A stretch of 32,000 nucleotides of DNA from Candidatus Iainarchaeum sp. (lineage in GTDB: Archaea; Iainarchaeota; Iainarchaeia; Iainarchaeales; JAZDEL01), in NCBI GenBank assembly GCA_043808785.1, contig JAZDEL010000005.1, forward strand, positions 6,483 through 38,482, read 5' to 3'. The position numbers and the translations under genes are program-made. Under the pieces are notes generated by a model. It saw only the letters and a list, made by a program, of their open reading frames with translations. It had not been told where the DNA came from and did no database searches. Shown here piece by piece: positions 1 to 8,924 of the stretch. Position 1 is the first letter of the stretch, and each line of letters begins with the position of its first letter.

Positions 1-422
1 GGGATGAAAAATATGCGCAAAGCCTCCTGCGCCTCTGCAGGAACATGGGCGTCGAAGACAGGGTTACTTTCGTCAGGGAGAGCATTTCAAGGGAGCAGCT
101 GAGGAACGCCTATGCTGCGTGCGACCTGTTCGTGCTGCCGAGCATCTATGAATCATACGGCATTGCCCTGCTTGAGGCAATGGCGCAGGGCTGCGCGGTG
201 CTTGCATCACGCACGGAAGGGCCTGCGGGAATAATAAGCGAAGGCGAGAACGGAATGCTCTTCGAGCCGGGCGGAAGCGCGGAACTTGCGCAAAAAATAG
301 GAAGCCTTATAGACGACGGCACTGCCAGGGCAAGGCTCGGCAGAAACGCCAAGGCTTACGCGCAGAACCTGCGCTGGGAAAAAATCGTATGCATGATAGA
401 CGCGGAGTACGGTAAATTATGA
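1..422 (+). CDS. Glycosyltransferase family 4 (GT-B fold), C-terminal part; the 5' end lies upstream of the window
   Basis: The frame is open from nt 3 to TGA 420-422. DLFVLPSIYESYGIALLEAMAQGCAVLASRTEGPAGIISEGENGMLFEPG is the canonical GT4 (Glycos_transf_1) E-x7-E donor-binding region. The stop overlaps the next start (ATGA 419-422). Confidence 0.85.
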   Translation, partial: DEKYAQSLLRLCRNMGVEDRVTFVRESISREQLRNAYAACDLFVLPSIYESYGIALLEAMAQGCAVLASRTEGPAGIISEGENGMLFEPGGSAELAQKIGSLIDDGTARARLGRNAKAYAQNLRWEKIVCMIDAEYGKL

Positions 423-2245
423 AAATCTGCATTGTCTGCGGAGGCTTTCCCCCTGACAAGTACGGCGGGGTAGAGAACAGCCTTGCCGCATTCAGGGAAG
501 CGATGGAGAAAAGGGGGCACGAGATAACCGTTATTGCGCAGGATTTCAGGGGGAAGAAAGGGCAAGGCAAAAACATGCACTGGTTCGATGTCGAGCCGCG
601 GAACCCTTTTCCGCAGATAGGCATGGTGGGCTTTTTTACCGATGCCCTGCAGTTTGCGAGATGGTATTTCGAGGTTTGGAAATTCCTGCGCAGGCGCGAA
701 TTCGACATCTACCACGGCCACCAGATATGGGGCTTTGTAGGCTGCCTTGCAAAAAAAGGGAAATGGGTTCTGACGCCGAGGAATGTTATCGTGCCGAGCG
801 CAAGCTGGCTGAAAAGCCTTTCGCACAAGGCGCACTACTTCATCCTCAGGCGTGCGCTGGACAAGGCAGACAGGGTTGTAGCAATAAGCGGGGTTCTCGA
901 GGAAAACATCGCACAGCACTCCCAAGCAAACAGGGCGAAGATAAGGAGAATATACAACGGCATAGACCTGCGCAAATTCAGGCGGCTGAAATTAAGGCGG
1001 GAAAGGGACGGCAAAAAGAGGCTCCTCTTTGCAGGCAAGCTGAAGCCCGAGAAGGGCGTGCTTGACGTGCTGCGCGCATACAGGCTGCTGAGGGAAAGGG
1101 GAATAGATGCGGAGCTTGTTGTTGCAGGCACCGGGGCGCATCTAGAAAGGCTGAAGAAGGAATATCCGGAAGTGAGCTTCCTCGGCTTTGTGGGGCAGGA
1201 GCGGCTTATAGAGGAATACAACAAGGCCGATGCATATGTAGTTTATGCCCCAAAAACAACCGCTGATGAAAGCTTCTGCAACAGCCTTGCCGAGGCAATG
1301 GCATGCGAGTGCGCGGTTGTCTGTTCCGACATACCGATTTACAGGGAAATAACGAAGGGAAAGGCGTTCTTTGCGGAATCCGAAAGCCCGGAAAGGCTGG
1401 CAGATGCCATCGAGGGCGCTATAAAGCGCAAAGACCTTGCGGAAATCGGCAAAGAAATGAGGAAGGTCGCGGAAAACTACTCGCTCGAGAGGTGCGTAGA
1501 GGCGCACGAGGCAATGTACCGCGAACTGCTTGCCGAGGGCAGGCTGAAGCCGGAAGATTATGGCGAGAACTATTTCCTGAACGAAACCCGCGGCTCCGCC
1601 GAGTTCAGGGAAAGCCGCGGGGAAATGCTCGGGGAGAAGCATGGCAGGGTTCTCTCGCTCCTCGAACCGAAGAGCGGCGAGCGCATCCTCGACATAGGCT
1701 GCGGCAGGGGCGAACTTGCATACCACGCAGCAAAGAGCGGGGCAACGTGCTTCGGGCTTGATTTTTCCCCCGCAGCGCTCCGCCTTGCGCAAGAAAAAAA
1801 CAGGGGGCGGCTTGTGCAGGGGGCTTGCACCGAACTTCCCTTCCGCAAAGGCGCGTTCGATGCCGCTGTGCTGGGTGATATTATAGAGCACATAGACAGG
1901 GAGGATGCGGTGCGCTGCATTGCCGCGGCGCACTTAGCACTGAAGAAGGGCGGCAGGCTCCTTATCCACACAAACAATGTGCGCACCGTGAAGGCTGCGG
2001 AAATTCTGGGGATAATTCAGGGCACAAGGTTCAGGAGGAACGACCCGAAGAAGACAAGGCATATAAACTTCCTTGGCAGGCTTGAGCTTGAGCGCATGCT
2101 TTCCGATGCCGGCTTCCGCTCAATGGCGTGGACCGAAAAAATCGGCAGGAAAAGGTTCAATTTTCCCGCGAGAGATGCCATGCTGGATGCCGCATGCAGG
2201 CTCGGCTTCGGCGCGGACCTCTTCGCCCTGGGGGTCAAAAAATGA
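419..2245 (+). CDS. Bifunctional fusion: GT4 glycosyltransferase (N-terminal ~375 aa) plus class I SAM-dependent methyltransferase (C-terminal ~230 aa)
   Basis: 608 aa. The N-terminus reads MKICIVCGGFPPDKYGGVENS and later ADESFCNSLAEAMACECAVVCSD (GT4). From about nt 1550 there is MT motif I ILDIGCGRGELA plus FDAAVLGDIIEHI and KKGGRLLIHT (Methyltransf_11-like). ATGA overlaps occur at both ends. Confidence 0.85.
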   Translation: MKICIVCGGFPPDKYGGVENSLAAFREAMEKRGHEITVIAQDFRGKKGQGKNMHWFDVEPRNPFPQIGMVGFFTDALQFARWYFEVWKFLRRREFDIYHGHQIWGFVGCLAKKGKWVLTPRNVIVPSASWLKSLSHKAHYFILRRALDKADRVVAISGVLEENIAQHSQANRAKIRRIYNGIDLRKFRRLKLRRERDGKKRLLFAGKLKPEKGVLDVLRAYRLLRERGIDAELVVAGTGAHLERLKKEYPEVSFLGFVGQERLIEEYNKADAYVVYAPKTTADESFCNSLAEAMACECAVVCSDIPIYREITKGKAFFAESESPERLADAIEGAIKRKDLAEIGKEMRKVAENYSLERCVEAHEAMYRELLAEGRLKPEDYGENYFLNETRGSAEFRESRGEMLGEKHGRVLSLLEPKSGERILDIGCGRGELAYHAAKSGATCFGLDFSPAALRLAQEKNRGRLVQGACTELPFRKGAFDAAVLGDIIEHIDREDAVRCIAAAHLALKKGGRLLIHTNNVRTVKAAEILGIIQGTRFRRNDPKKTRHINFLGRLELERMLSDAGFRSMAWTEKIGRKRFNFPARDAMLDAACRLGFGADLFALGVKK

Positions 2246-3387
2246 AAATAGCGTATGTTGTTTCTGGCTATGCCCCGCAATTGGGCGGCGCGGAACTTTA
2301 CACACAGGGGGTTGCGGAGAGGCTTGCGAAACGCGGGCATGATGTTAGCGTAATAACTTCCCGCCCTGCGGGATACGCGCATTTTGAGGAGATTAACGGC
2401 ATAAAGGTTTACAGGCTCCGCGGAACAAGGCTTCTGTTCGGGAAGATGGCGCTTTACCCCGAACTTAGGGCAACCATCGGAAAAATAATGCCTGATGCCT
2501 TGCACTGCATCGGGCACGGGCATCTGTATTCAATCGGCGCCGCAGGCGCGGCATCCAAACTCGGCATCCCGCTTTTCATGCATACATACGGCCCGCTTTC
2601 GGCGCACACGCAGCGCGGAATTCTTGAAAAGGCGCTCTGCGGAATTTACGACTGCATTGTGACCCCGCGGCTTTTCCGGAATGCGAAGGCAGTGCTTTAC
2701 AGGACGCCGGGCAGCGGGGAATGGTGCATTTCAAAGGGCGCGAAGAAGGCACTGCTCGGCACAACCGGAATTGACGAGACATTCTTTGCAAAAACAAAAA
2801 ATAAAAACCGCGGGCGTAGTTCAAAGGTTGTCGGGTTTGTGGGCACGATATGCAGGAGAAAGGGGGTGCAGAGCCTTGTAGATGCGGCACCGGAGGTAAT
2901 AAAGAGGCACATGGGCGCGGAGTTCGTTATTGTAGGCTCGGGCAATGCGGAGACGGACAAAAATTTCGAGGCGGAATTGAGGGAAAGGGTGCGGGAACAT
3001 GGCATAAGCGGGGCGTTCAAATTTATGGAGCCCATAATGCCTGACAGCCCTGAAAACAAAAAGAAAATCGCAAGGCTGTTTGATTCATTCGACGTTTTTG
3101 TGCTTCCCTCCGAATTCGAGGCGCCAGCGCAGGCAATGCTGCAGGCAATGGCGCGCGGCAAGCCTGTTGTGGTTGCCGGCATACCTATGCTGAGGGGGAT
3201 TGTCGGGGACGAGAATGCGCTTTTCATAAATCCGGGGGACAGCGGCATGCTTGCCGAAAAGATAAGCGCGCTTCTTGCGGACAGCGCGCTGAGGAAACGC
3301 ATGGGTGAAGCGAACATAAAGGCTGCAGGAAAGTTCTCGCTGGAACGCATAGCAGCTGAACTTGAGAAGGTTTACGGGGGATTTTGA
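2242..3387 (+). CDS. Glycosyltransferase family 4
   Basis: MKIAYVVSGYAPQLGGAELYTQGVAERLAKRGHDVSVIT and FVLPSEFEAPAQAMLQAMARGKPVVVAG are GT4 signatures. ATG 2242 overlaps the upstream TGA 2243-2245. The tracked start at 2128 lies inside the previous gene. Confidence 0.85.
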   Translation: MKIAYVVSGYAPQLGGAELYTQGVAERLAKRGHDVSVITSRPAGYAHFEEINGIKVYRLRGTRLLFGKMALYPELRATIGKIMPDALHCIGHGHLYSIGAAGAASKLGIPLFMHTYGPLSAHTQRGILEKALCGIYDCIVTPRLFRNAKAVLYRTPGSGEWCISKGAKKALLGTTGIDETFFAKTKNKNRGRSSKVVGFVGTICRRKGVQSLVDAAPEVIKRHMGAEFVIVGSGNAETDKNFEAELRERVREHGISGAFKFMEPIMPDSPENKKKIARLFDSFDVFVLPSEFEAPAQAMLQAMARGKPVVVAGIPMLRGIVGDENALFINPGDSGMLAEKISALLADSALRKRMGEANIKAAGKFSLERIAAELEKVYGGF

Positions 3388-3989
3388 TGGAAGGCATAAA
3401 CCCTTTCAGGTACCTGCAGAACGCGCTTTCCAAAATTACGCGCAAAAGGCGCATTGATTTTTTTTTGTCAAGCATGGAACGCCAAGGGAACGCCACTGTC
3501 CTTGATGTCGGGGCAAGCGCCAACTTCCGGCTTAAATGCGGCGGACAGGGCAGGCTAATCGCCCTTAACACAAGCAGGCATGCGCTTTCAGGGCTGTGCG
3601 AAACGCCGGCGCTCTGTGTTGTCGGGGACGGATGCGCCCTGCCGTTCAAAGACAAATCTGTCGACATGGCATTCTCGAATGCGGTTATTGAGCATGCAGG
3701 CAGCTGGGAAAGGCAAAGGCTTTTTGCGGATGAGATAAGAAGGGTGGGAAAAGGGTATATTGTGTGCACTCCGAACAGGCACTTCCCCTACGAGCCGCAT
3801 TTCCATCTTCCGCTTTTTCAGTTCATGCCCGCTGCCGTGCAGCGCTTCCTTAAGGGGCTTATGGGAAAGGGGCACCTTGAAGTGCGCCTGCTAAGCAGGG
3901 GGGAAATGAAGGGGCTTTTTCCCGATGCCGAGGTTTTCGGCATGACGTTCGACGCGCTACCTGAAGTGCTCATCGCGCACAGGAAATGA
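3387..3989 (+). CDS. Class I SAM-dependent methyltransferase (Methyltransf_11-like)
   Basis: VLDVGAS and VVGDGCALPFKDKSVDMAFSNAVIEHAG are SAM-MT motifs. ATG 3387 shares one nt with the upstream TGA 3385-3387; TTG 3384 is an alternative start. Confidence 0.75.
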   Translation: MEGINPFRYLQNALSKITRKRRIDFFLSSMERQGNATVLDVGASANFRLKCGGQGRLIALNTSRHALSGLCETPALCVVGDGCALPFKDKSVDMAFSNAVIEHAGSWERQRLFADEIRRVGKGYIVCTPNRHFPYEPHFHLPLFQFMPAAVQRFLKGLMGKGHLEVRLLSRGEMKGLFPDAEVFGMTFDALPEVLIAHRK

Positions 3990-3990
3990 A

Positions 3991-4186
3991 CCGCGGGCTT
4001 TGCGGCTTCGGTACCCGCGAATAGGCGCGGAGTTTGCTGTTTTGGTGCGGGGGAATCCGCGCGGTTTTTGCGGTTGCGACCCCTGTGAACCCGCGCGGAT
4101 TTTGCGGTTTCAACCCGCAAATCCGCGCAGGAACCAAGCAAATATGCGCGGGGGTTTTTTGTTTTCAGTCCCGCGAATCCGCGCAG
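3991..4186. repeat. Cluster of six copies (3 forward, 3 inverted) of a ~16-17 nt GC-rich motif CCGCGCGGnTTTTGCGG; REP-like palindromic repeats between convergent operons
   Basis: Forward copies: 3991-4005 ccgcgggctttgcgg, 4057-4073 ccgcgcggtttttgcgg, 4091-4107 ccgcgcggattttgcgg (the last two match 16/17). Inverted copies: 4015-4030 ccgcgaataggcgcgg, 4115-4130 ccgcaaatccgcgcag, 4171-4186 ccgcgaatccgcgcag (the last two match 15/16). Copies 4093-4107 and 4115-4128 form a 14-bp hairpin with a 1-nt bulge and a 7-nt loop. A T-rich run lies at 4155-4165. Confidence 0.7.
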
Positions 4187-5163
4187 GTTTCGCATATCGA
4201 GAGTTTCCGCATGCGCATCATCTCTCTTGCGCGACCGTATTCCTTGCTGCCCCATATGTCCCTGAAAGGAACCTCGAGCGCGTTCCCGAACCTGTACTTC
4301 GAATGGAAATCGTAGCAGCAGGGCGTGACCGTGCCGTCGACAAGCACAACGCCCTTCCTTATGAACGAGCAGCCCTTGTCCGAGGTGTTGGCGGCATAAT
4401 CTTTCGGCAGGAATTTTTCCTTCATGTCGGCAATTTCCCGAGGAGTGTAGCCCCATGAAGGTATTGCAAAGGATTTTATCGTGGCGGTCGCATCCAAGGA
4501 TGCGGCAAACTTTTTGAACTCATGCACCTCGTGCCTGTTAAGCTTTGTTTCAATCATCTGCAGCACAAGCTTCGGCTTTGCGCTGCGTGCAGCGCGCTTC
4601 TCCTCGGCAAATGCCGCGAGGTTTTGCATAACCTCCTCGAAATTCCCGCCCCTGCGCATTTTTTCGTAATTTTCCTTTGTGATGCTGTCAAGCGAAACTA
4701 TGAGCCTGTCAAGTTTCGCATTTATGAGCCTGCGGGATGTTTCACGGGTAAGCAGGGTTGCGTTCGTGTTTACAATCGAGTTAAGGTTTTTTGAGGATGC
4801 GTATCCGACCATCTCGGGCAGTTCGGGATTGAGCAGCGGCTCCCCCGCGAAAAACAGCCACAGGTAATGCACGGAACAAGGCAGGCCGTCCACGACCTTC
4901 CTGAACTCGGCAAGTTTCATAAGGCTTCTTTTGCGCTTAAGGCTTGCGTGCGGCGTAGTGCAGAACTCGCAGCGCAGGTTGCACGAGTTCACAGGCTCTA
5001 TACTCATGGCATGCGGCATGCCGGCAAGCCACGAGGGCGCTGCAAAAGCCATATGCGCGGTTTTGCCGAACTCGGCGCAGAGGAAATCACGCCAAGATTC
5101 CGCAGCCAGCCTTTTTGCAAAGCCAAATGCCCTGAGTGCATTCGCTTTTATGCCGCCGCTCAT
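4165..5163 (-). CDS. Radical SAM enzyme with SPASM/twitch-like C-terminal Cys-rich domain
   Basis: SIEPVNSCNLRCEFCTT contains CxxxCxxC. The C-terminus has CSFIRKGVVLVDGTVTPCC (C-x11-G-x4-C) and CETC. Start ATG 5163 overlaps the stop of the upstream GT (ATGA on the minus strand). Confidence 0.85.
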   Translation of the reverse strand: MSGGIKANALRAFGFAKRLAAESWRDFLCAEFGKTAHMAFAAPSWLAGMPHAMSIEPVNSCNLRCEFCTTPHASLKRKRSLMKLAEFRKVVDGLPCSVHYLWLFFAGEPLLNPELPEMVGYASSKNLNSIVNTNATLLTRETSRRLINAKLDRLIVSLDSITKENYEKMRRGGNFEEVMQNLAAFAEEKRAARSAKPKLVLQMIETKLNRHEVHEFKKFAASLDATATIKSFAIPSWGYTPREIADMKEKFLPKDYAANTSDKGCSFIRKGVVLVDGTVTPCCYDFHSKYRFGNALEVPFRDIWGSKEYGRAREMMRMRKLSICETCADSRD

Positions 5164-6266
5164 TCCACAGCCTCCCTGTAAATCGCGCCGAGCTTTTTGT
5201 TTACCGCGACTGTGCCGAACATTTCGTCAAAGCGCTTCCTGCCTGCCATGCCCATTTTTTTGCGCAGGCTACGCGACTCGATGAGCTGCAGCAGCGCGCC
5301 CTCCAATGCATCCGCGCTGCCCGGCCCAACAAGCACGCCAGTCTTCCCGTCCTCGACAATTTCGGGTATTGCGTTTATGCCTGTTGCAACAACTGGCAGG
5401 GAAAATGCCATTGCCTCCTGAAGGACGATGCCGTGTGCGTCTATAGGCGAGGGGAAGCAGAATATGTCAGCCTCGCGGTAGAAGCGCGGAATTTCCGCAT
5501 ACTGCATGAAGCCGTATTTCTTCACGCCCTCGATGCCGTTTGGCACCTCATCGCCGCTGCCCACAACAACAAGCTCCAGTTCCGGAAACCTTTTTTTCAG
5601 CCTCCCGAAAGCCTCGAGCAGCACATTCCCGCCCTTGCGCGCAAACTGCGTCGAGACAAAGAGGATGCGAAGGGCTTCGGCTTCGGCGGCGGCAGAATCC
5701 CGCCTGCGGGAAACCGTTTCTGGAATGTCGAGCCCCGGGGGAATTACCTCTATTTTCCCGTGGCCGATGCCCGGCACGCGCTCCTCCAGCGTGCGCACTG
5801 CATAATTTGAAAACGGAATCAGTTTTTTGCAGTTTTTTGAATTAATAACCTTCCGCAAAATGAAGCCTGCCCTCTGCCTGAGTTCCGGGCGGTTGCGGAA
5901 GTAATAGAATGTGTTTGCCGTGTCAAACGCAAAAACCCAGGGCTTGTTTGCGTGCAGCGGCGTAACCATTGAATGCACCAGCGAGATGCCGCTTTCATGC
6001 GGAAGGGAGAGGCGCCTCACAATGGGCAGGTTTGTCTTCAGCGCTGCCGAAACTGTTTTTGCAAGCGGAATTTTGTAGAGTGCGCCCGTGTATGAAAAGA
6101 CACTTGCAGGAACAAGGCGCCCGCTGTGGTCCGCGTTTATGAACTCGCGGTGCCCCGCCGTGTAGCTGCCGTAGAAATAGTTCACTCCGTCCGGCGGGCT
6201 GCCGAGAAGGTTCCTGAGATAGGTTGCCCCGCCCTGGCCCGGATAGCCGTAGAAAAAGACATTCAT
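5160..6266 (-). CDS. Glycosyltransferase family 4
   Basis: FCFPSPIDAHGIVLQEAMAFSLPVVATGINAIPEIVEDGKTGVLV is the GT4 E-x7-E region. ATGA overlaps occur with both neighbours (6263-6266 and 5160-5163). Confidence 0.85.
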   Translation of the reverse strand: MNVFFYGYPGQGGATYLRNLLGSPPDGVNYFYGSYTAGHREFINADHSGRLVPASVFSYTGALYKIPLAKTVSAALKTNLPIVRRLSLPHESGISLVHSMVTPLHANKPWVFAFDTANTFYYFRNRPELRQRAGFILRKVINSKNCKKLIPFSNYAVRTLEERVPGIGHGKIEVIPPGLDIPETVSRRRDSAAAEAEALRILFVSTQFARKGGNVLLEAFGRLKKRFPELELVVVGSGDEVPNGIEGVKKYGFMQYAEIPRFYREADIFCFPSPIDAHGIVLQEAMAFSLPVVATGINAIPEIVEDGKTGVLVGPGSADALEGALLQLIESRSLRKKMGMAGRKRFDEMFGTVAVNKKLGAIYREAVE

Positions 6267-7123
6267 TCCTGCCGCGCCCCCTTTGGAATTTCAAGCGTGC
6301 AGCCCGGCTTTATGCAGTAAACCCGCCCGCCATATTCGAATGAGAGCGGCACATTGAACCTCTGCGCATCAAGCCGCGAAACCGCACGCACAGTAAGGGT
6401 GCGCGCGGATTCGGAAACAGCCTCTATTTTAGAATTCTCCCTCTCGAGTATGTATTTTGCCACGTTCGCCATGGTATCTATCCATACGTCTCCGGAACGC
6501 AGGGACGCGAGGTGCCTGTCAAGCTGGCTCGGCATCGTGCAGTAGCTGTAACCTTTTTTTATGCCAATCAAGTGATGTATCTCGATAAGCCACCCCCCTG
6601 CGGACTTCTCAAGCCAGCCGTCCATTTCGCGCGCAGTGCTGCAGGTGCTTGAAAATGCGCCGAGGCACAAAAGGTCGTGGGGAGTGCTGCTGTTCGGCTT
6701 GTCTCCACGCACCCTCCCGGCAAGGTAGTGCCGCCTTGCCGCATTTCGGATGCGGTAGTTGTGCCTTGCATAAGGGTATGCGATTGTTTCCGCCCCGAGC
6801 ATGTGCCCCGACTCCGAAAGTTCGCGCAAAACCTCGCCCTGGCCCAAATCAACAAGGCGCCTGTGGGTCATGCCGTGGCTTGAGATTTCGTGCCCCGCAT
6901 TCCTAAGCGATTCCATCTCAGCAAGCGAGATGCACTGCGTGCCCTCGAACCGCTTTCCCAGCAGCCCTGCAATGACTGCAAAATTCGCCTTTATTCCGTG
7001 TTTTTCGAGTATCGGAAGCGCGGCATTCACGCTATCGCGCCAGCAGTCGTCGAAAAATATGGTTGTTGCAGTTGCCTTCCCGCCTGACCACGTGCAAATA
7101 CTGAAGTCGCCCCCATTCGGCAT
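6263..7123 (-). CDS. Polysaccharide deacetylase (NodB homology domain, CE4-like)
   Basis: TTIFFDDCWRDSVNAALPILEKHGIKANFAV and HEISSHGMTHRRL match NodB-domain motifs 1-3 (D-D, H-x4-H). I prefer ATG 7123 (MPNGGDF). The longer start at 7165 would run through the shared promoter. Confidence 0.75.
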   Translation of the reverse strand: MPNGGDFSICTWSGGKATATTIFFDDCWRDSVNAALPILEKHGIKANFAVIAGLLGKRFEGTQCISLAEMESLRNAGHEISSHGMTHRRLVDLGQGEVLRELSESGHMLGAETIAYPYARHNYRIRNAARRHYLAGRVRGDKPNSSTPHDLLCLGAFSSTCSTAREMDGWLEKSAGGWLIEIHHLIGIKKGYSYCTMPSQLDRHLASLRSGDVWIDTMANVAKYILERENSKIEAVSESARTLTVRAVSRLDAQRFNVPLSFEYGGRVYCIKPGCTLEIPKGARQE

Positions 7124-7185
7124 AGTCAGGTTAGGGGCAAAACAACTAATAAATATTGCTGTCACAGATATATCTGCGTGTTGCG
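7124..7185. promoter_or_regulatory. 62-bp divergent intergenic region with shared AT-rich TATA-like elements
   Basis: taataaatatt (7148-7158) lies about 25-35 nt from both ATG 7123 (minus strand) and ATG 7186 (plus strand). A second AT box, agatatatc, lies at 7166-7174. Confidence 0.4.
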
Positions 7186-8148
7186 ATGGAAGATGCGATA
7201 TTGGTTACTGGCGGCGCGGGCTTCATAGGAAGCACCGCAATAGCGGCGCTTTTGGGCGAGGGGGCGCGCATAGTTTGCGTGGACAATTTCAGCGACGACT
7301 ACGACCCCGCGCTTAAGAGGAAAAATATAAAGCCCTTCCTCGGCAACGAAAATTTCACGCTTATCGAGGCGGATATCCGCGACAAAAAAATCATGGAAAA
7401 GGCTTTCAGGAAGGGCAAATTCGCCAAGGTTCTGCACCTTGCGGCAAGGGCTGGCGTAAGGCAGAGCATTGCGCAGCCCGAACTATACGAGGACATCAAT
7501 GTCCGCGGAACCCTGAACATGCTTGATGCAGCAAAGGCGCACGGAGTGAAGGATTTTGTATTTGCATCATCCTCGAGCATTTACGGCGCGACGAAAAACA
7601 TCCCGTTCAAAGAAGGGGATGGCGGCATTGCGGTTTCCCCTTATGCCGTAACCAAGAGGGCGGGCGAACTTTACTGCAGTTACTACAGCAGGGCATACGA
7701 TATGAACTGCGCCTGCCTGCGCTATTTCACAGTTTACGGGCCGGGGCAGAGGCCCGCGCTTGCGATACACAAGTTCACAAGGCTTATAAGCGAGGGCATG
7801 GAAGTGCCGATTTACGGCGACGGCAGCAGCGCGCGCGATTATACTTATGTAAGCGACATAGTGCGCGGCACCCTTGCCGCGCTTGAATTTTCTGGAAAAA
7901 ACCGCGGCTTCCAGATAATAAACCTCGGCAACTCGCGCCCCGTGAACATTATGGAGCTTGTGGGGCTTATAGAGAAGGAGTTAGGAAAAAAGGCGAATGT
8001 AAGGCACGTGCAGGAGCAGGCAGGGGATGTGAAGGTTACGCATGCGGACATATCAAAGGCAGGGCGCCTGCTCGGCTACGAGCCGAAAATGAAAATCGAG
8101 GAAGGGATAGGCAAATTTGTCGAGTGGTACAATTCCGGGGGAAAGTGA
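7186..8148 (+). CDS. NAD-dependent epimerase/dehydratase (extended SDR; UDP-sugar / UDP-glucuronate 4-epimerase-like)
   Basis: MEDAILVTGGAGFIGS is a Rossmann GxxGxxG motif. SPYAVTKRAGE is the YxxxK catalytic motif. RYFTVYGPGQRP is typical of nucleotide-sugar 4-epimerases. Confidence 0.85.
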   Translation: MEDAILVTGGAGFIGSTAIAALLGEGARIVCVDNFSDDYDPALKRKNIKPFLGNENFTLIEADIRDKKIMEKAFRKGKFAKVLHLAARAGVRQSIAQPELYEDINVRGTLNMLDAAKAHGVKDFVFASSSSIYGATKNIPFKEGDGGIAVSPYAVTKRAGELYCSYYSRAYDMNCACLRYFTVYGPGQRPALAIHKFTRLISEGMEVPIYGDGSSARDYTYVSDIVRGTLAALEFSGKNRGFQIINLGNSRPVNIMELVGLIEKELGKKANVRHVQEQAGDVKVTHADISKAGRLLGYEPKMKIEEGIGKFVEWYNSGGK

Positions 8149-8924
8149 TGGGCGGCAAAAGCATGGCTACGGGAAAAGGCAGGGTTGATTGGCTCGGAAA
8201 GCACTTCGAATTCAATGCCAAAAAGTACGCATACTCCTACAGCAATTGGGAGCCGCGCAGGGCCAGGATGCTTGAAATAATGCCGCAGGAAGGCATATCG
8301 CGGGCGCTTGAAGCAGGCTGCGGGAGCAACCCCCTTATAGAGGCGCTTCCTGCAGGCGTTGAAAAATTCGGCTTGGATATTGCCCGCCAGCGGCCGAAGG
8401 GCGTGAAGTTCAGGCGGCACAATGTCGAGGACGGCATCCCTTTCGCGGACGGCTATTTCGATTTGGTTGTTGCGGGGGAAATTATAGAGCATGTTTACGA
8501 GACGGGAAGATTCCTGCGGGAATGCAACCGCGTTCTGCGCAAGGGCGGCACGCTCCTTGTCTCAACCCCTAACACGGGCTCGCTGCGCAACATAAAGGAT
8601 GCAATTCTCGGAAGGCAGCCGAGGTATATGGATTACGATGCCGTGCTGCGCCCACGCGACAGCGGGCACATAAGGCACTACTCGCGCAGCGCGCTTTTCT
8701 CGCAACTGTGGGAATGCGGCTTTTCTGCCGAGCGCCTGACAAGCGACTTTGTATATTTCCCCCTGCATTTCCACATAAAACCAATAGGCTGGCTTGGAGA
8801 GAAGCTTGCGGCGCTGGTTCCGCGCTACGGGGATTCGCTTATCGTGAGGGCGAGAAAGATTTCGGATCATAACTATTGCGCTCCAGGAAAGTTTTGCGGC
8901 TTTTTGGCCCAAGGGGTTTTTTGA
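8148..8924 (+). CDS. Class I SAM-dependent methyltransferase, paralogue 1 (MT1), with a 20-codon C-terminal read-through extension
   Basis: LEAGCGSNP and DLVVAGEIIEHVYETGRFLRECNRVLRKGGTLLVSTPN are SAM-MT motifs. ATG 8148 overlaps the epimerase TGA by 1 nt. MT1 has TCG at 8862-8864 where the paralogue has its TAG stop. Confidence 0.8.
   Translation: MGGKSMATGKGRVDWLGKHFEFNAKKYAYSYSNWEPRRARMLEIMPQEGISRALEAGCGSNPLIEALPAGVEKFGLDIARQRPKGVKFRRHNVEDGIPFADGYFDLVVAGEIIEHVYETGRFLRECNRVLRKGGTLLVSTPNTGSLRNIKDAILGRQPRYMDYDAVLRPRDSGHIRHYSRSALFSQLWECGFSAERLTSDFVYFPLHFHIKPIGWLGEKLAALVPRYGDSLIVRARKISDHNYCAPGKFCGFLAQGVF

Noticed and set aside
2128-2241. Longer upstream starts offered by the ORF track: 2128 for the GT, 7156 for the epimerase, 8124 for MT1, 8876 for the rSAM, 20072 for dph5 and 17265 for the basic ORF.
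   Set aside because: Each extension overlaps the preceding gene or promoter and adds non-conserved residues. The chosen ATGs restore canonical family N-termini and the recurrent ATGA/TGATG coupling pattern.
3991-4186. Possible CRISPR array, given the clustered short repeats.
   Set aside because: The repeats are only 16-17 nt long, occur in both orientations and are irregularly spaced (7-60 nt). There are no cas genes nearby. The pattern fits a palindromic REP-like or terminator cluster, not CRISPR.
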